DNA from: Eledone cirrhosa | Lineage: Eukaryota | DNA: 64,000 bases | Assembly: GCA_964016885.1 (NCBI GenBank) | Contig: OZ024741.1 | Span: forward strand, 350,362,001-350,426,000 | Reading direction: 5' to 3' | Shown here: positions 1 to 18,890 of the stretch, piece after piece | Layout of the letters: every line of letters starts with the position of its first letter | How positions within the stretch are numbered: position 1 is the first letter of the stretch | The notes under the pieces: generated by a model | What the model was told of the DNA's origin: nothing | Seen by the model: the letters and a program-made list of their open reading frames with translations, nothing else | Database searches by the model: none | Program-made: the position numbers and the translations under genes

Positions 1-5150
<5,150 letters not shown>

Positions 5151-5504
5151 AACTCATTATCTTGCTGAATTATCAAAACAAATATCAAATATCTCACCTC
5201 ATCAACGCAAACAATGGAATGAAAATCACCAATGTAAAATTATTTCTACATATTTAGTTTATGGTTCATTTCTGTTTCATTTGGGATCCTATAAACAGTA
5301 GAAATGTCTCCTACAAATACACAGACAAAATGGGACAAAAACATGCAACCTGGCTACAATCAACAAGTATTGAAGTAATTTTTTTTGGGGGGGGGGGGGG
5401 GGGGGGGGCATAGCATTCTAAAAGCACCAAACTCTGCAACCCCTAAATATACCCATATCTCTTCATTTCTTCACCTATGTAGCTTTTATCTTTTATGTGA
5501 AATG

Positions 5505-6275
<771 letters not shown>

Positions 6276-6499
6276 GGTTTGCTTGGCAACATCAGGGCCA
6301 AAAATAATAAATCACAAGAGGTCATTAATCAAAATAGAATGTGACCCCTACACAACCATGGCTTTGTAGGTCCCTTCCTGAGGAACCTCCTTACCACTGA
6401 AAACCAGGATTTCCTCCCGAATCTCAAGAGAATAATTAACAGACCAGTATCATCATTGTCACTATGGTGCGTTACCTCACTTACTAAATGGAGGAGGTC

Positions 6500-6960
6500 C
6501 ACCACCACCACCACCACCAGGACCACCACCACCAACACACACACACACACACACACATTCTTTAGTGTGTAGCATCATTGTTACCACACACACACAAACA
6601 TACACACACTTCCAAGTGTGTAGCATCAAAGTATGTACTTTCATTGTTACCATACACACAAACACACACTTCCAAGAGTGTAACATTTATACTTCTAAGT
6701 GTGTAGTGTTACAAGTACTTATATCATTGTTACACACACACACACATTCTAAATGTGAAGCATTACAGCATGTACTTACATTATTGTTATACACACACAC
6801 TTCAAAATGTGTAGCATTAGAGTATGTACTTACATCATTATTACACACACATATATGTAAACATACATGTACACACACACACTTCTAAGTGTGTAGTATT
6901 ACAGCATGCACTTACAACATTGTACACACACTCAAAAAGATGGATAAGTGTATAGTTGCC
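6500..6960. repeat. (CCA)n followed by a degenerate ~55-60 bp CA-rich tandem repeat
   Basis: Recurring ACACAC-TTCYAAGTGTGTAGCAT...TACTT...CATTGTTAC units. Confidence 0.8.
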
Positions 6961-7289
6961 ACAGCTACTTACACTATAGTGTCACACACCCATATAGTAT
7001 TACCAGTTTCAGCTATTCTACAGTGGTCATACAGGAGCACTGCTTTCATGGGTCAGTCTATTACATCACCCTAACCCCTCTTTCTCCTCCTCCAACACTT
7101 AGGACATCTGATAAAATGAATAACAGAATAAGTTCACCTGTTGAATTAGCTCCTTTTAGTGGCGTATACATCATTGAATATTTACACCAATTTCACAAAT
7201 GCCCACACATGCATATGTTTGAATGAGAGAGAGAGAGATTAGAATGTAAAGCAATCTAGCTAGATATCACAGGGTATTTTTGCCCAGTA

Positions 7290-7520
7290 ATAGGAAAATT
7301 AGCAAAGCTGTTAGAACATCGGGTAGAACACTTTGTGGTATTTGTTCCAGCTATCTATGCCTTGAGTTTAAATCATGCCGAGGTCAATTTTGTCTTTCAT
7401 CCCTCCAAAGTCAAATAAAATACCAGTGCAGTAATGGAGGTGATTCTCTCTCTCTGAAATAGAGGCTATGTTATGACCTGGAGAGAGGTAGCCTCTGCCA
7501 AGTATAAATGCCCAAGATAC
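7290..7520 (+). mobile_element. Old copy of tRNA-derived SINE family A
   Basis: GAGTTTAAATCATGCCGAGGTCAATTTTGTCTTTCATCC...AAATAAAATACCAGT resembles the younger copies at 10471 and 62346. Confidence 0.7.
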
Positions 7521-9879
7521 ACTGTATAATGGTGACTGTACAACTCCCTCAGAAGTTAAGGACTGATGGATCAATCAATTTTTCTTGGTGCTCCACTAAT
7601 TCTGACATCAAATACATAACTGTGTGGCTAAAGAATTTTGATTTGCAACTACACAGTTCTATGTACTACTCCATTGCATGGCATCTTGAGAAACTGCTCT
7701 CTAATCCACCATAACCTCAAGTTGATTTATGCCTTGTGAGTAAAACTGTAAAAGTCAATCTTGCATGCATGCATGTGCAATAAAATATGCACATCAGCAA
7801 CACAATAAACTGGGTACATCACACAAAAAAGATATTCATTACACCCAAGTTGCACAGACACTACCAACAAATTCAATGGCCTTTTATTGAAAATCTTCAA
7901 CCATCAACCATCAACAATCCAATCCCTTCTCACTCCTGTTGGAGGCACCTCTCCGTTTGACCTCTACTGCTTTCTTTTTGGTTATGTCAGGGGTGTAGCA
8001 ATACTCACCATGCTTGGTAAGGCTATTTAACCCGTATTTGAGGTAGATGGCTGTTGATTTTAATGAGTTCATCAGCTCTTTTAACAACTCTTGTTTTTTT
8101 TAGCTACTGTGGTTCCACTTACCACCGTTCTCACAAGACCAGGGTCTGGTGAGGGAACCGGTTTAGTCACCAACCACTCAACCATGATACAAGTTGTACT
8201 GGGTTACATGGTACTAGTAGCAGGCAGAAGTCTGGCCTGACCTGGCTGAAAGCAGTATTGTTCACAACTTACAGAATGTAACCCTTTCGGGCTATATATC
8301 TAATGAAATACACTCTAGTCCAATTAATTAATGAAGAATTTGGAGAGATTTACTAAAAAAAAATATGAATTACTTTATTACTGAGATAGTAACTTATTTA
8401 ATATGTTTTTATTTTTATATAAAATTATGTTGGAAGATTTTTATTTTATACAAGAACCTTTTAAAATGAGTGGGTTTGCTTCACAGAACCAGAGCTGCTT
8501 TTTTACCAGGGTGGTATCAAAATAATCTACCATCCTAACAACAACAACAGTTACAACAAAAACAATTGGTTCTAATTGAGGCACAAAGCCAGGAAAGTAC
8601 CAGTATTTGACTGGTACTTATATCTTAACCCCGGAAGGGAGAAAGGTAAAGTTGACCATGGCTAGATTTGAACTCAGTGTGTGAAGAACTGGAACTAAAT
8701 GCTGCACATACACATGCATACACAATAATACACATATGCAGTAAGGCACACAATCACTCACAAAATCACACATAACCCCACGCAAAACCACACACAAACA
8801 TGCATTCAGAGATACAATTACATACACACAGATGCACACAGATTTCTTACATTGGACAGGGAGTCTGAGCATTCTGGAAAAGGTAAGGGTGGATGTAAAT
8901 TCATAGAATCTGTAATGTTCACGCCTTTTCCTCAGGGATGTTATTGGTGTAATTGAGATGAGGGTTCTAGCTAGTAATGAAATATTAGACTTTGGTCACT
9001 TTCACACATAACGCAGTTACAGTTGCACTACACACACACACTGTACATATAGACACATTTACAAGATTACACACACACAAACAAATGTGTGTGTGCTATT
9101 TATTTCAACTCTGTAGGCAGAATCATGAGGTTACTTATCTTTTGATGAATGGCCAAAAAGCAATAGAATGCAAGGCGACAATATCATATGTTTTTCTGTG
9201 TAGGAAAGAATAACAAAAATTTGTTTACACTTGTTTATTTTCACACCAAGATTTATAATTTAAAAACTGTAGTTATATATCTGCATTAAATTTATCTTAG
9301 ATCTAATACACTCCCATGCTGTGCAATGTTTTGAATTGCTGTGGTGCAAGATAACAAGACATGCACCATGAATACCGAAAATTTACAACAAGAAAAGAAT
9401 GAAACATGCATGCTCTATTGGATGTTTAATGTTAGTGTACATGAACCATGGAGAACCAATGAATAGAAAGAAAAGTTGAAGATAAGAGGGATCAAATGAA
9501 GTGTGCAAGAAACACACTTGCACCAAATTATAAAAACAAAACCCATCAAAGGGTTGAGGAACTGAGGTAAATTAATGACCATCCAATAGTGTGTAAAAAT
9601 AAAATGGGTAGGCAGAGCTCGTTAACCTTGGATGACAGTCTGTCTCAGAGAAGGATCTCTCTGATTTCAAAACCAGTGTAGATAGGACTCACTAGTCATC
9701 TTGGTGACAACCATTCAAGTGACCAGCAGCTACATACTTGTGATGAAGATCGATGAGCTGCAGCTCGGTAGCTAGCTCTCATGTAATGGTCAGCCGAGGA
9801 TTCAAGACCCACCAATGTCAATTTTAGCATCATATAGATGACAATTGGTGCAATTGTTCATAGTCCCCAGCTCTCAGCA

Positions 9880-10330
9880 ATGAGAATGGGAAGAGACCAG
9901 ACCAGTAGCCAGAGTATGAAAGTTCATGAAGCTTTTTACCTCTGCCGGAAACACAGAGATTCGTTCCAATTGAATGACAGACTCTATAATGCTCATGTTT
10001 GGAGTAAGATATTGCATGGTGGTGAACATTGACCTTGCATGATAAGATGGTGTGAAGGCTAGAATAAATGAGGTGAGTATGATCTGCTGGCTGTGTAATG
10101 TTAGTGCACATGAATGATGGAGTACAAATCACAGAGAAAACTTGAGTATAAAAGGAATAGTGTGTAAGAGAAGACTGCACTGGTATGGACATGTGATGCT
10201 TATGAAGGATGACAGTCTGGTAAAGAAGCTTGAAGTGACAGGGGGGTTAAGAAAACGGAGAAGACCAAAAAAATTATAAGACTGGGTATGATGGTGGAAA
10301 AAAATGAAAGTGTTGTTGAGGGAGAATACA
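9880..10330 (+). mobile_element. Decayed RTE-type LINE 3' fragment
   Basis: Encodes RRLHWYGHVMLMKDDSLVKK; same family as 58200-58800. Confidence 0.8.
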
Positions 10331-10470
10331 GTCAATATGGTAAAGTGTAGAAGTTTGTCATGGGGCAACCTTTAACAGGTAAAATAGCCTTAAAGTACTT
10401 GTTACTTGTGGGACCCACTAAGCCTGAACTATTCCCCCCACCAGGGTTTAAATCCAGCCCTGCCCCACCT

Positions 10471-10652
10471 GGCAGTATCGGTAGAGGGTCAGATGCCATG
10501 CTTTCCAGCATAGTTACATCCCTTAACGATCTGAGTTCAAATCCTGCCGAGGTTGACTTTGCCTTTCATCCTTACGGAGGCTATAAAATAAAGTACCAGT
10601 AATGCACTGGGTAATTGCTGGCCTTGTGCCAAAAAGTAGAAACAATTATTAA
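10471..10652 (+). mobile_element. tRNA-derived SINE family A (other copies ~8570-8705 -, 17930-18240 +, 31022-31146 +, 39761-39922 -, 42555-42690 -, 43960-44125 +, 61317-61492 -, 62346-62725 + dimer)
   Basis: Shared body TGGCAGTATCGGTAGAG...B-box-like GAGTTCAAATCC...CTTTGCCTTTCATCCTTACGGGGTCGATAAAATAAAGTACCAG...GGCCTTGTGCCAAAAGTAGAAACAATTATT, present at least 10 times. Confidence 0.9.
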
Positions 10653-10689
10653 TGTCCCTTTTCCTTGCTAGTGTGGGTGTGTGTGTATG

Positions 10690-10814
10690 TATGGGAGGAC
10701 CCTTCAGTTGTATCATAGACATGACAACCTCCCTAGTGTTGGTGATCTACAGTGTAGATCACCAACACTAGGGAGGTTGTCATGTCCATGATACAACTGA
10801 AGGGTCCTCCCATA
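10690..10814. repeat. Near-perfect 125-bp palindrome (62-bp arms, 1-nt centre, one mismatch)
   Basis: TATGGGAGGACCCTTCAGTTG...GATCTACA-G-TGTAGATC...CAACTGAAGGGTCCTCCCATA, centre 10752. Confidence 0.97.
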
Positions 10815-11156
10815 TGGTGTAGATTCTACACCATAAACGCACCCAGTACATGGTGTAAAGTGGTTGGTGTTAGGAAGGGCATCCAGCCATAGAAAGTTTG
10901 CCAAACGTGGGGTTGGGTGGATCCTTCTGTGTCAAAAGACATAACTTCTCCTCTGCACTCAATAGAACATATGACCATAAGAGAGATGCAGATCCCTCGG
11001 CCTGTCTGGGAGGTCAGTAGCCCCACTTCAGTACTGAGTTGGTCTATGTAAACCCATCCAACTCTTGCTAGCAGGGAAAACGGACATTAAATGATAATGA
11101 TGATATATGTAATATATAAATGTTATATTTATTTATATATTTATATATATATATAT

Positions 11157-11188
<32 letters not shown>

Positions 11189-11199
11189 ATATATATAGT

Positions 11200-11832
11200 T
11201 GGTGTTGGAATCAATCAATGATTCTGAGGTTGAGTTAGGCCTGAAAATTGGTTTTGCTTGTGAGATATTCCAGAAATGGCAGGAGAGAGTTGTTAGCTTC
11301 GTAAAGAGTAGGCCAGGGGCCATCTAAAACGAATGGGCTCGAGATGAAGCAATTTTTGAATTGGTTTCACAATAGGTATATATATCATAGTACCAGCAGA
11401 TAAAGTAGCAGGTAATTTCATTATAATATACAAAAAAATACTCCGTCGGTTTTAGCTAGGGAGTTAGGATATGATATTAATTATAACTTTAGTGGTAATG
11501 CAACCTACAAGCTGAGTACGGGGAATATTAATCAGCTGATAGTAAAGCTTAGGAGTAAAGTAGAGGATCTGAGTGGTTGCCAGTTGAAGGAGGAGAATAT
11601 ATATGTGCCTAGAGTCTCCTGGATACCTAACTTGCACAAAACACCATTTACAGATTTACAGCTTGAGCTAGTAAGTGCACAAATAGACAAGTAGCTATTT
11701 TAGTTAATGAAGCTTTAGCAGTAGTTAAAGAGTCTTTCGATAGATATTGTGGTGCAATTTTTGCAAATAGTGGAATGGATATGAGGTGGAGTATAGGATA
11801 AAAACAATTCATGTATATGATTTTTCCATGTT
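11200..11832 (+). mobile_element. Penelope-like retroelement RT remnant (5' part)
   Basis: Frameshifted motifs IIVPADKVAGNF, WIPNLHKTP..RF, YDFS resemble PLE RT (ADK; PKLHK; DFxxLY). Confidence 0.7.
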
Positions 11833-12185
11833 GGAGATTGGCATTATTTTTATCAGTTGTCATACTTTTCATACAGTTGTCATAGTTGTCATACAGTTGT
11901 TTTGGAGATGTTGATGTATAAAACAATCTCTAGTGCATGTTTAGCCAGTACATTCAGAAAGTTTTTCAGATCAGTTCTAGAGTAACTCATGATGACCAGA
12001 ACGTCTGCATAGCTAAGATTTGATAGGATGTGACTTCCTATTTGATATCCAGAGAGGCGTTCTTCTTCAGTGTGGTAAATAAGTGCAGCTATAACTATAT
12101 AGAAAAGAAGTGCTGATAGTATATTTCCCAGCTTAACTCCCTTCAAGATGTCTATATACCATGCAGTTCCCAGATCCGTTTTGAT
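11832..12185 (-). mobile_element. RTE-type LINE RT core, inverted 5' segment
   Basis: ORF 11889-12146(-): KGVKLGNILSALLF, LSYADV (YADD decayed), INISKT. Confidence 0.85.
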
Positions 12186-12757
12186 ATATGCTGTTGAGTT
12201 GGTGAAAGTTACGGAGTTTGTATATCTTGGTCACAAACTATCATCAAACAACAATGGAGCGGTCGCTGTGCAGTATCGCATCACTCTGAGTTGGGCAGCT
12301 TTCAACAGGAACAAAGAAGTGCTAACATCAAAACGAGTTTCTTATTTGAAGGCTAAGATCTTTGACACTTATATCCTACCAGTTGTGTTATATGGTCTTG
12401 ATTGTGTTAACTGGACAAGGTAACTTCAGAAGCTCTCTACATTCCAAAACCATATCATGAGACTTATGACAAACAAACCACTCAGCAACCATATCTCTAT
12501 CAATGAGCTACTCAGCATTACCAAGCTTAAACCAATCACATCAGTTATCAAATCAAGAGTACTTAAACTGTAAGGTCATATCAAAAGATCAACTCATGGT
12601 GTGAGTAAGTTAGGCCAAAAAGGAAAGTTAGCCGGTAAGAGAAGCAAGGGTCAACAGCCAAAATGCTGGCTTGATGATGTCAGCTTATGGACTGGACTTG
12701 ACCTTTACTCTTTAAACTCTGCTGTTGGTGATCGAACTTTGTGGAGAAGAATGTCTA
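12185..12757 (+). mobile_element. RTE-type LINE C-terminal/3' segment (continues the inverted piece)
   Basis: ORF 12148-12423: EFVYLGHKLS, WAAF, ILPVVLYG; later GHIKRS, GKRSKG, DRTLWRR. Confidence 0.85.
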
Positions 12758-12774
12758 GGAGAGAGAGAGTTTGA

Positions 12775-12930
12775 AATACGAAGCAAGATGATAGTTACAA
12801 AGGTCTACAATAAGACTAAGGATTTTAACTTTAGGGTAGCTTAGATGCCATTTGCATCTAGCTATGTGCAAATATCTTTAGGATACAATGTGTTTTCAAG
12901 CTAAGTCATACACTATGGTAGAAAAGATTT
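12775..12930 (+). mobile_element. Penelope-like RT thumb remnant (continuation of the 11200 element)
   Basis: VYNKTKDFNFRV..MPFASS..LGYNVFSS..IHYGR resembles the PLE YDKRDDFNF..P..SN....Y.VF.SQLIRY pattern. Confidence 0.6.
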
Positions 12931-12984
12931 GTGACTTTTTGTGACTTTCTTTTTTGCAGAATGCCTTGTAATATTCACCAGTCT

Positions 12985-13855
12985 AAACATGGCTCCGCTA
13001 TGAGCAAGGTGTGGCGCTGCCAACTGGACAGACCTCCCTCATAATAAGACCACAGCTCCCAAAATACGGTTCTGCTATGAGCAGGGTACAGCGTGGCCAA
13101 TTGACCAGACCCTCCTCATAACGGGACAACTCAGTTCCACACTGTAAACGTGGTCAGTGTAAAAGGGCATTCCAGCAGCCATAAAAATGCATCCAAACCA
13201 TGGTCCCAATATGTGCAAGGTATGGCGCGGCCAACTGGTCAAACTTCTCATAACCATGCCACCCAGTTCAACGCTGTAAACTGGCCTGCCCCTCTTCATG
13301 GCAGCGCAATCCAATACTTGGCCACGAAACTATGACTACGCTGTGAGATGGGTTAGGTTCCTTATATCGATACCATCCAGTACTGGGCTCCAACTGGCCT
13401 CTTCGCATAGTGGTGCCATCCAACGCCAGGCTCCCAAACTGTGGCCATGCACCTGGCATTCCTCATCCAGAACCAGGCCTCAAAAAAAGAATCTATTCTG
13501 TGAGATGGGTCAGGCTCCTCATATTTGTGCCTTCCAGTACCGGACTCCTAAACTATGGCTCCGTTGTGAGATGAGTCAGGCTCCAAAATTATGATTCCGT
13601 TGTGAGGCGGGTTTGGCGCGACCAACAGGCCTAGCCTGTCCCTCCTCATGACGGGGCCATCCAGTCCCACACTGTAAATATGGTTGGTGTAGGAAGGGCA
13701 TCCAGTTGTAAAATACCTAGCCAAATTTAGTCCTCGCCGGAGCAAGGTGCAACACATGGCCAACCCTGGCCAGACTTGCCTCCAGGCGTGGACCACCCGC
13801 CTAACCCATGCAAACATGGAAAAATTGACGTTAAACAGAAATGATGTTGAAATGA
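12985..13855 (+). repeat. Degenerate tandem array of ~70-130 bp GC-rich units ending in an RTE-type 3' tail
   Basis: Repeated ATGGCTCCGYTRTGAG..GG..TGGCGCGGCCAACTGG..CCTCATAA units, then GGTTGGTGTAGGAAGGGCATCCAG...CCCATGCAAACATGGAAAA..GACGTTAAA. Confidence 0.7.
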
Positions 13856-13929
13856 TGAGAGAGAGAGAGAGAAATAACTAATCGGTTTCAGCCAGTATTG
13901 TTGGTCCAGGCCATGTCTAACTTAATAGC

Positions 13930-14420
13930 ACCACCTGGCGAAGTCTTTCAAATAGTGATTGCACACCATGGCCCACTCAAGTAGAGAGTTATTGTTTTGG
14001 GAGACATATCCAGGTATGGGGGGTTATATTCGGAATTTCTTGGAGGAATTTGTTCAAAGACTTTTTGAATTTCATAGGATCTGTTTCTGTTTTAGTGTGT
14101 TTTGGTGTAATGTTAAAGAGAGCAGGGCCAATTGAGGTGAAATAATTGTGCCGTAATGTTATGAGATGCTAATTTAATTTTTGTTGTGGGCAGATGTCAC
14201 GAGGCCCAAGCTTTAGGTGTAGTTTAAAGGTGATGCCAACATAATTTGGGCAATGCTGATGGAATATTTTCCACTTCATGCAGCTAATGTAGCGCTCATG
14301 GTGACATTGTAGAGAGTAGAGTTTGAGCTTTACTACTCAAACCTTAATTGTCAAGGCATGTCATGCCATCTATGTTTTTAGTGATTGACTTTTGAGGTGC
14401 TTCAATTTTCATAATACGGA
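13930..14420 (-). mobile_element. Decayed CR1/L2-group LINE 3' fragment
   Basis: Minus-strand decayed C-terminal motifs (LKLYSLQ.HHERY; PALFNITPK; FEQIPPRNS/EY.P). Confidence 0.55.
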
Positions 14421-16533
14421 GACTACAGTAGAAAACAGTATTCAAGGAGGGGTTGGGCAAAAGTAGAGAAGAGAAGGATAATGGTGTGGATATCTCCTGA
14501 CTGGAAAGTTCTGAGAATCCTGCAGGCCATGTCAACATTTTACACACACAGTCAATGTCACAAAAATTACTTAGTGTCTGAGAGATGAGTAATTAATTAA
14601 AACAGAACAGGACAATTAATTTAACAAGAATACAAAACACAGACACTACACAGACAGACATCACACACTGAGAGAGACTTATTAGTTAGGTCTGGAGGAA
14701 AGGAGGTGTACCCCTGGCTATTGCGGATCACACAAAATCCACCTGTTTAAGTCTTGATACCAACCCTACCAAATCAGCCCCTGGATTTATGACACAATTA
14801 TATAAAAAACTTCCACCATAATTTTATGTAAAAACTTTTTAGTTAATACTGAATTACTAAATTCCTCCAAAATGTTTTTATCATTTTCAAAATTATTTGA
14901 AACAGATTAGTTGTGTATTTGATTAGAAATGTGGTAAGAAAAGGGTTAATATTGCTTTTGAATAGCTACAAGTTCAATGTAGGAAAATCATGAACAGAAA
15001 AGGAATTCCAGTGCCTCCACTCCACAACCACATACACATGGGACTGGGTGTAGTAGTGTAGCGCATGGAATGTGGGATAGAGAATATACAGGTGATGGGA
15101 AGAGAAGAGAGAAGTGGGTTGTGATATGTCTGAATGGACATGGGATGAAGCCAGTCAGGTCCAAGATGCAGAGGTCACTGTAATAGCTGTAGGAAAAGGC
15201 AGAGTGAGGAAATAAGTATGTCAATAGATTAGATTTGAAAAGTTGAGTGGCCTTTCTACAGTCCTAACTTTGTGGAAGATTAACTGCAATGTTCTCGAAC
15301 TCAAGAACTCCTGGGGAAGAAGCACAGCAGGCCAAAAGTAAGAAGGGTGTGGGGTGTGGGGTGTGGGGTGTGGGACGTGATTTCCACCCTTATAATGCTT
15401 ATCTGCAATACAGCTGATAGGTTGCTATTTATTTATTTTATTTTATTTATTTATTTTCATCCAAACTGAATATATATTATAGTAAGTGGTATATTGTGAA
15501 ATAGTACAAAATTTAAGGGGGTAAATTTTGTTTCAAATTTTCCTGAATTCCATTTTTACTTCTGGTAAATTCCATTTTTTTTTTTTATTTCATTATATTT
15601 AATATTATATTTTCATGGTAAAGGCTTTAACTCACATAATTATCTCACATAATATCAAATCTATGAGCGTTTGATATTATTTATTTCGAGAACAATACCT
15701 TAACATCAGTATGAGTGGCCAGTTACAGTTGGTTTGAACGGAAAGAGGTGGGAGAATTCTGGCCAGATACGGCTTGCTGGTTTAAATGTTAATGGGTTAA
15801 TGGGCAAATTGCAATAAATCGTACTATGGTATTAAAACAGAGACAAGTTACCAAATTTTTGGAAAATATTACTCATGAAAATTGTTGTGACAGACGACAG
15901 AAAAATAGTTTGCAGGTGTGTGTGTGGGGGGGGTCACATGCAGGCCTGCATGCCACGTGTTTGAGACCTCTTAGTAAACAGTATATTCTAGCCCCATCCC
16001 CCACTTCAATCTGGGCAACACCCCTGCCAACCTCCCACATGCACACACACACAAATTAGAAACTAAATACACCCAGACACCTGCTATCAACACAATCACC
16101 ATTCGTCCAGCAAAGCTTTCAACGCTGTTTGACAAAGGACAGACCAGACCAGATTAAAAAAGATCTTCCTTAAAAAAAGTGTGGAACAATACAGGTAGGC
16201 AAATGAGATAGGGAAGGGGTGGACATTGGGAATAAATCTAAATTAAAAATAAAGAAACAAGAAATAAGACTATAACAAAGAAAGAAAGACATAACAAACA
16301 CAGATGGAGAGAGAGAAAGAGAGAGAGGGGGGAGGGGAGGTAAACAGGGAAGAGAAAGAAAAAGAAAAGTGGAGAGAGTACTCACAAAAACTAGTACTAT
16401 CAAATTCAAACTAAACTAATAAAACATTTTATGTATTGAGTACTTTTTTCCTTCAATTTATACAGCTATATATGTGTGTGTGTGTGTTATAATTAGATTT
16501 GGAATATTAAGGTGAGGGTGATGGTAAACTTAC

Positions 16534-16608
16534 CTGAAGATTAGATGCCAGCTGTCTATAGTAAAAGAGAGACATGTCCTCGTGGATAATGCTCCCCGGT
16601 GATGCCAT
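16534..16608 (-). CDS. Candidate first coding exon of a minus-strand host gene (MASPGSIIHEDMSLFYYRQLASNLQ); product unknown
   Basis: Strong Kozak GCCAACATGG, 25 open codons ending exactly at a consensus donor CAG|GTAAGT (phase 0). In-frame upstream stop, and a possible acceptor TTTTTCTTAATTGCTAGCAG ending at 16786. Confidence 0.5.
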
Positions 16609-17142
16609 GTTGGCCAGGGAGAAAGCTGTATAGCATGCCAGTTAAAGAAAGACTAACGGCTGGGCTGACGACAACCACCAACAACACTACTACTACTTTT
16701 GTTACTGCTACTACCACCACAACCACTACTACTATTACTACCGCTATCGCAAGGCTGTGCCTGTAGTTTTTACACTTGTCTGTGGCTGCTAGCAATTAAG
16801 AAAAATCCTAAACCAGACTAATTTGGATGGGGAGGGTAGGCTTTTGTTTGTTTTTTTCGGCCTATTCTACGTTACTTTGTCTTTCTTTTTGGAATAGACA
16901 CACACATGCACTTACACACACGTGTGTATATCTATTGTTGGTGTCTATATACAGTGTGGTTTATAAACTTGTCTTAGTTTACTGATATGTATTTGGGTAG
17001 AATATGCATGTACCTTATATATGTATATATAACTTACTTTAGAATATATAGAGAGAGGTACTATATATACATACACACACATATACATACATACATACAC
17101 ACACACACACTGATGTTACAACTATATACACTATATTGCTTT

Positions 17143-17173
<31 letters not shown>

Positions 17174-18639
17174 TCACTTCTGTTACAACTATATACACTA
17201 TATTGCTTTTATATATATATATATATACACACACTCACTTCTGTTACAACTATATAGCTTTTATTTACACACACACACACACTGCTAGCGGGGAAAGCGG
17301 ACGTTAAAACGACAACGATGATGATACACTATGTTTACATTAGATATACATAATCTGCATGAGTACACATTACAAACCAATGTAAATTACTTTAATTGTG
17401 ACTTTTAACTATATACAATCTATTTGGTGAGCAGGCAAAGCTTCATCAAAACAGAGATAATGATTACCTTCGCTAAAATTTAATTTCAAAACAAGACTTC
17501 TGTAACTACAGATTATAAAGGCAAAAATAATGTTAAACTTTAAAAACTTCTTTCAGCAGGGTGATAGCGATGAGGTTGACGAGGCTGGATGGGCCTAATC
17601 TGACTGCTTTTATAAGATAAGAAATGGCATTTTCAATGCCATTGATGATACAGATTAATACGAGACTTGTGTGAGGTTTTCGCCCTGAATTACACTATGT
17701 GGTCCTCCTCCCTTTTGGAGACTTTTCTTTGTTGATTTCATTGTTTTATTCGATGTTAAACCCCACTTTGTGTTTTCGTCTGTCCTTAATAAATAAACGA
17801 AAAAGAATGTATTTCTAATTTGTATACCATTTTTTTCTGAATGATATGTAAAAAAAAACCAATACCATGCTGTAACTTGTTTTTTTAGTGCCTCCTTCAT
17901 CCGATGCCCTTGTGGCAAATAAAAGAAATTATTCCCGCTGAGGTTAACTTTGTCTTTCATCCTTATGGGGTCGATAAAATAAAGCACCAGTAATACACTG
18001 AAATAATTGCTGGCCTTGTGCCAAAAGTAGAAACAATTATTATTATTATTATTATTAGCTGTGGATTGACAGTATCAGTAGAGCGTCGGACAACATGCTC
18101 AGCAGCATAGTTATGGCCCATGACGTAACTTTGCCTTTATCCTTAACAGGTCGATAAAATAAAGTACTAGTAACGCACTGGGTCGATTTGTCCTCCCCCA
18201 ATTATTGGCCTTGTGGCTAAATCAAAAAGCATTATTAGCTGTGCTGCTGTTTCTCCTACAACTACCAGATTTCATACTAAGGTTGGGTAATTCCTTCTCC
18301 ACCACTACCACCACAGCCACAACCATTCTGTGAACTATTCCCACCAACCCACTCCACCTACAGTAAGTGAATAGCAATACAAAAATAGACTGGAAAGAAA
18401 AAGAAAGAGAGAAAGATGTTTTATGAGGTACTTGCTATCCTCACCAATCTTTCACGAAAAGTACCTACTCCTTCAAACATAATCTATCTATCTATACATA
18501 TCTCAACTTGTATTACTCTCTCCCCTCGACCTCCCTGTTTTGTTTACATACTACCATATTACCCTCTCCGATAACCCTTTGAAGTACCCACAGTACCCTT
18601 CCTTATTCACATATAAACACATTGTGTGTGTGTGTGTGT

Positions 18640-18890
18640 CATCATCGTTTAACGTCCATTTTTCCACGTTAGCATGGGTTAGCCGAGTTACTCATACAGA
18701 ACTGACCCTGGCTTGGTTTCTACGGCTGGATGTCCTTCCTAACGCCAACCACATTTACAGTGTGTACTGGGTGCTTTTTATTGTGATAACAAAACCACCG
18801 CTTTATAGTGTGTACTGGGTGCTTATTATTGTGACAACAAAACGACTGCTTTACAGTGTGGGATGGACGCTTTTTTGTCGCGTCACCAAC
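18640..18890 (-). mobile_element. Short element carrying the RTE-type 3' tail (also ~10840-11100 +, 47925-48030 +, 59905-60060 -, 61550-62070 -)
   Basis: Shared GGTTGGYGTTAGGAAGGGCATCCAGC...CCCATGCNAGCRTGGAA..GACGTTAAA(CGATGAT)n. Confidence 0.8.

Noticed and set aside
5198-5288. Possible minus-strand exon (TTTATAG| ... GAG|GTGAGA)
   Set aside because: Stops in all three frames, so it cannot continue the 16534 exon; unsupported without RNA data
7940-8250. Minus-strand splice-like signals (TTTCAG acceptor, GTAAGT and GTGAGT donors)
   Set aside because: Stops in all frames and no recognisable peptide; such motifs are expected by chance
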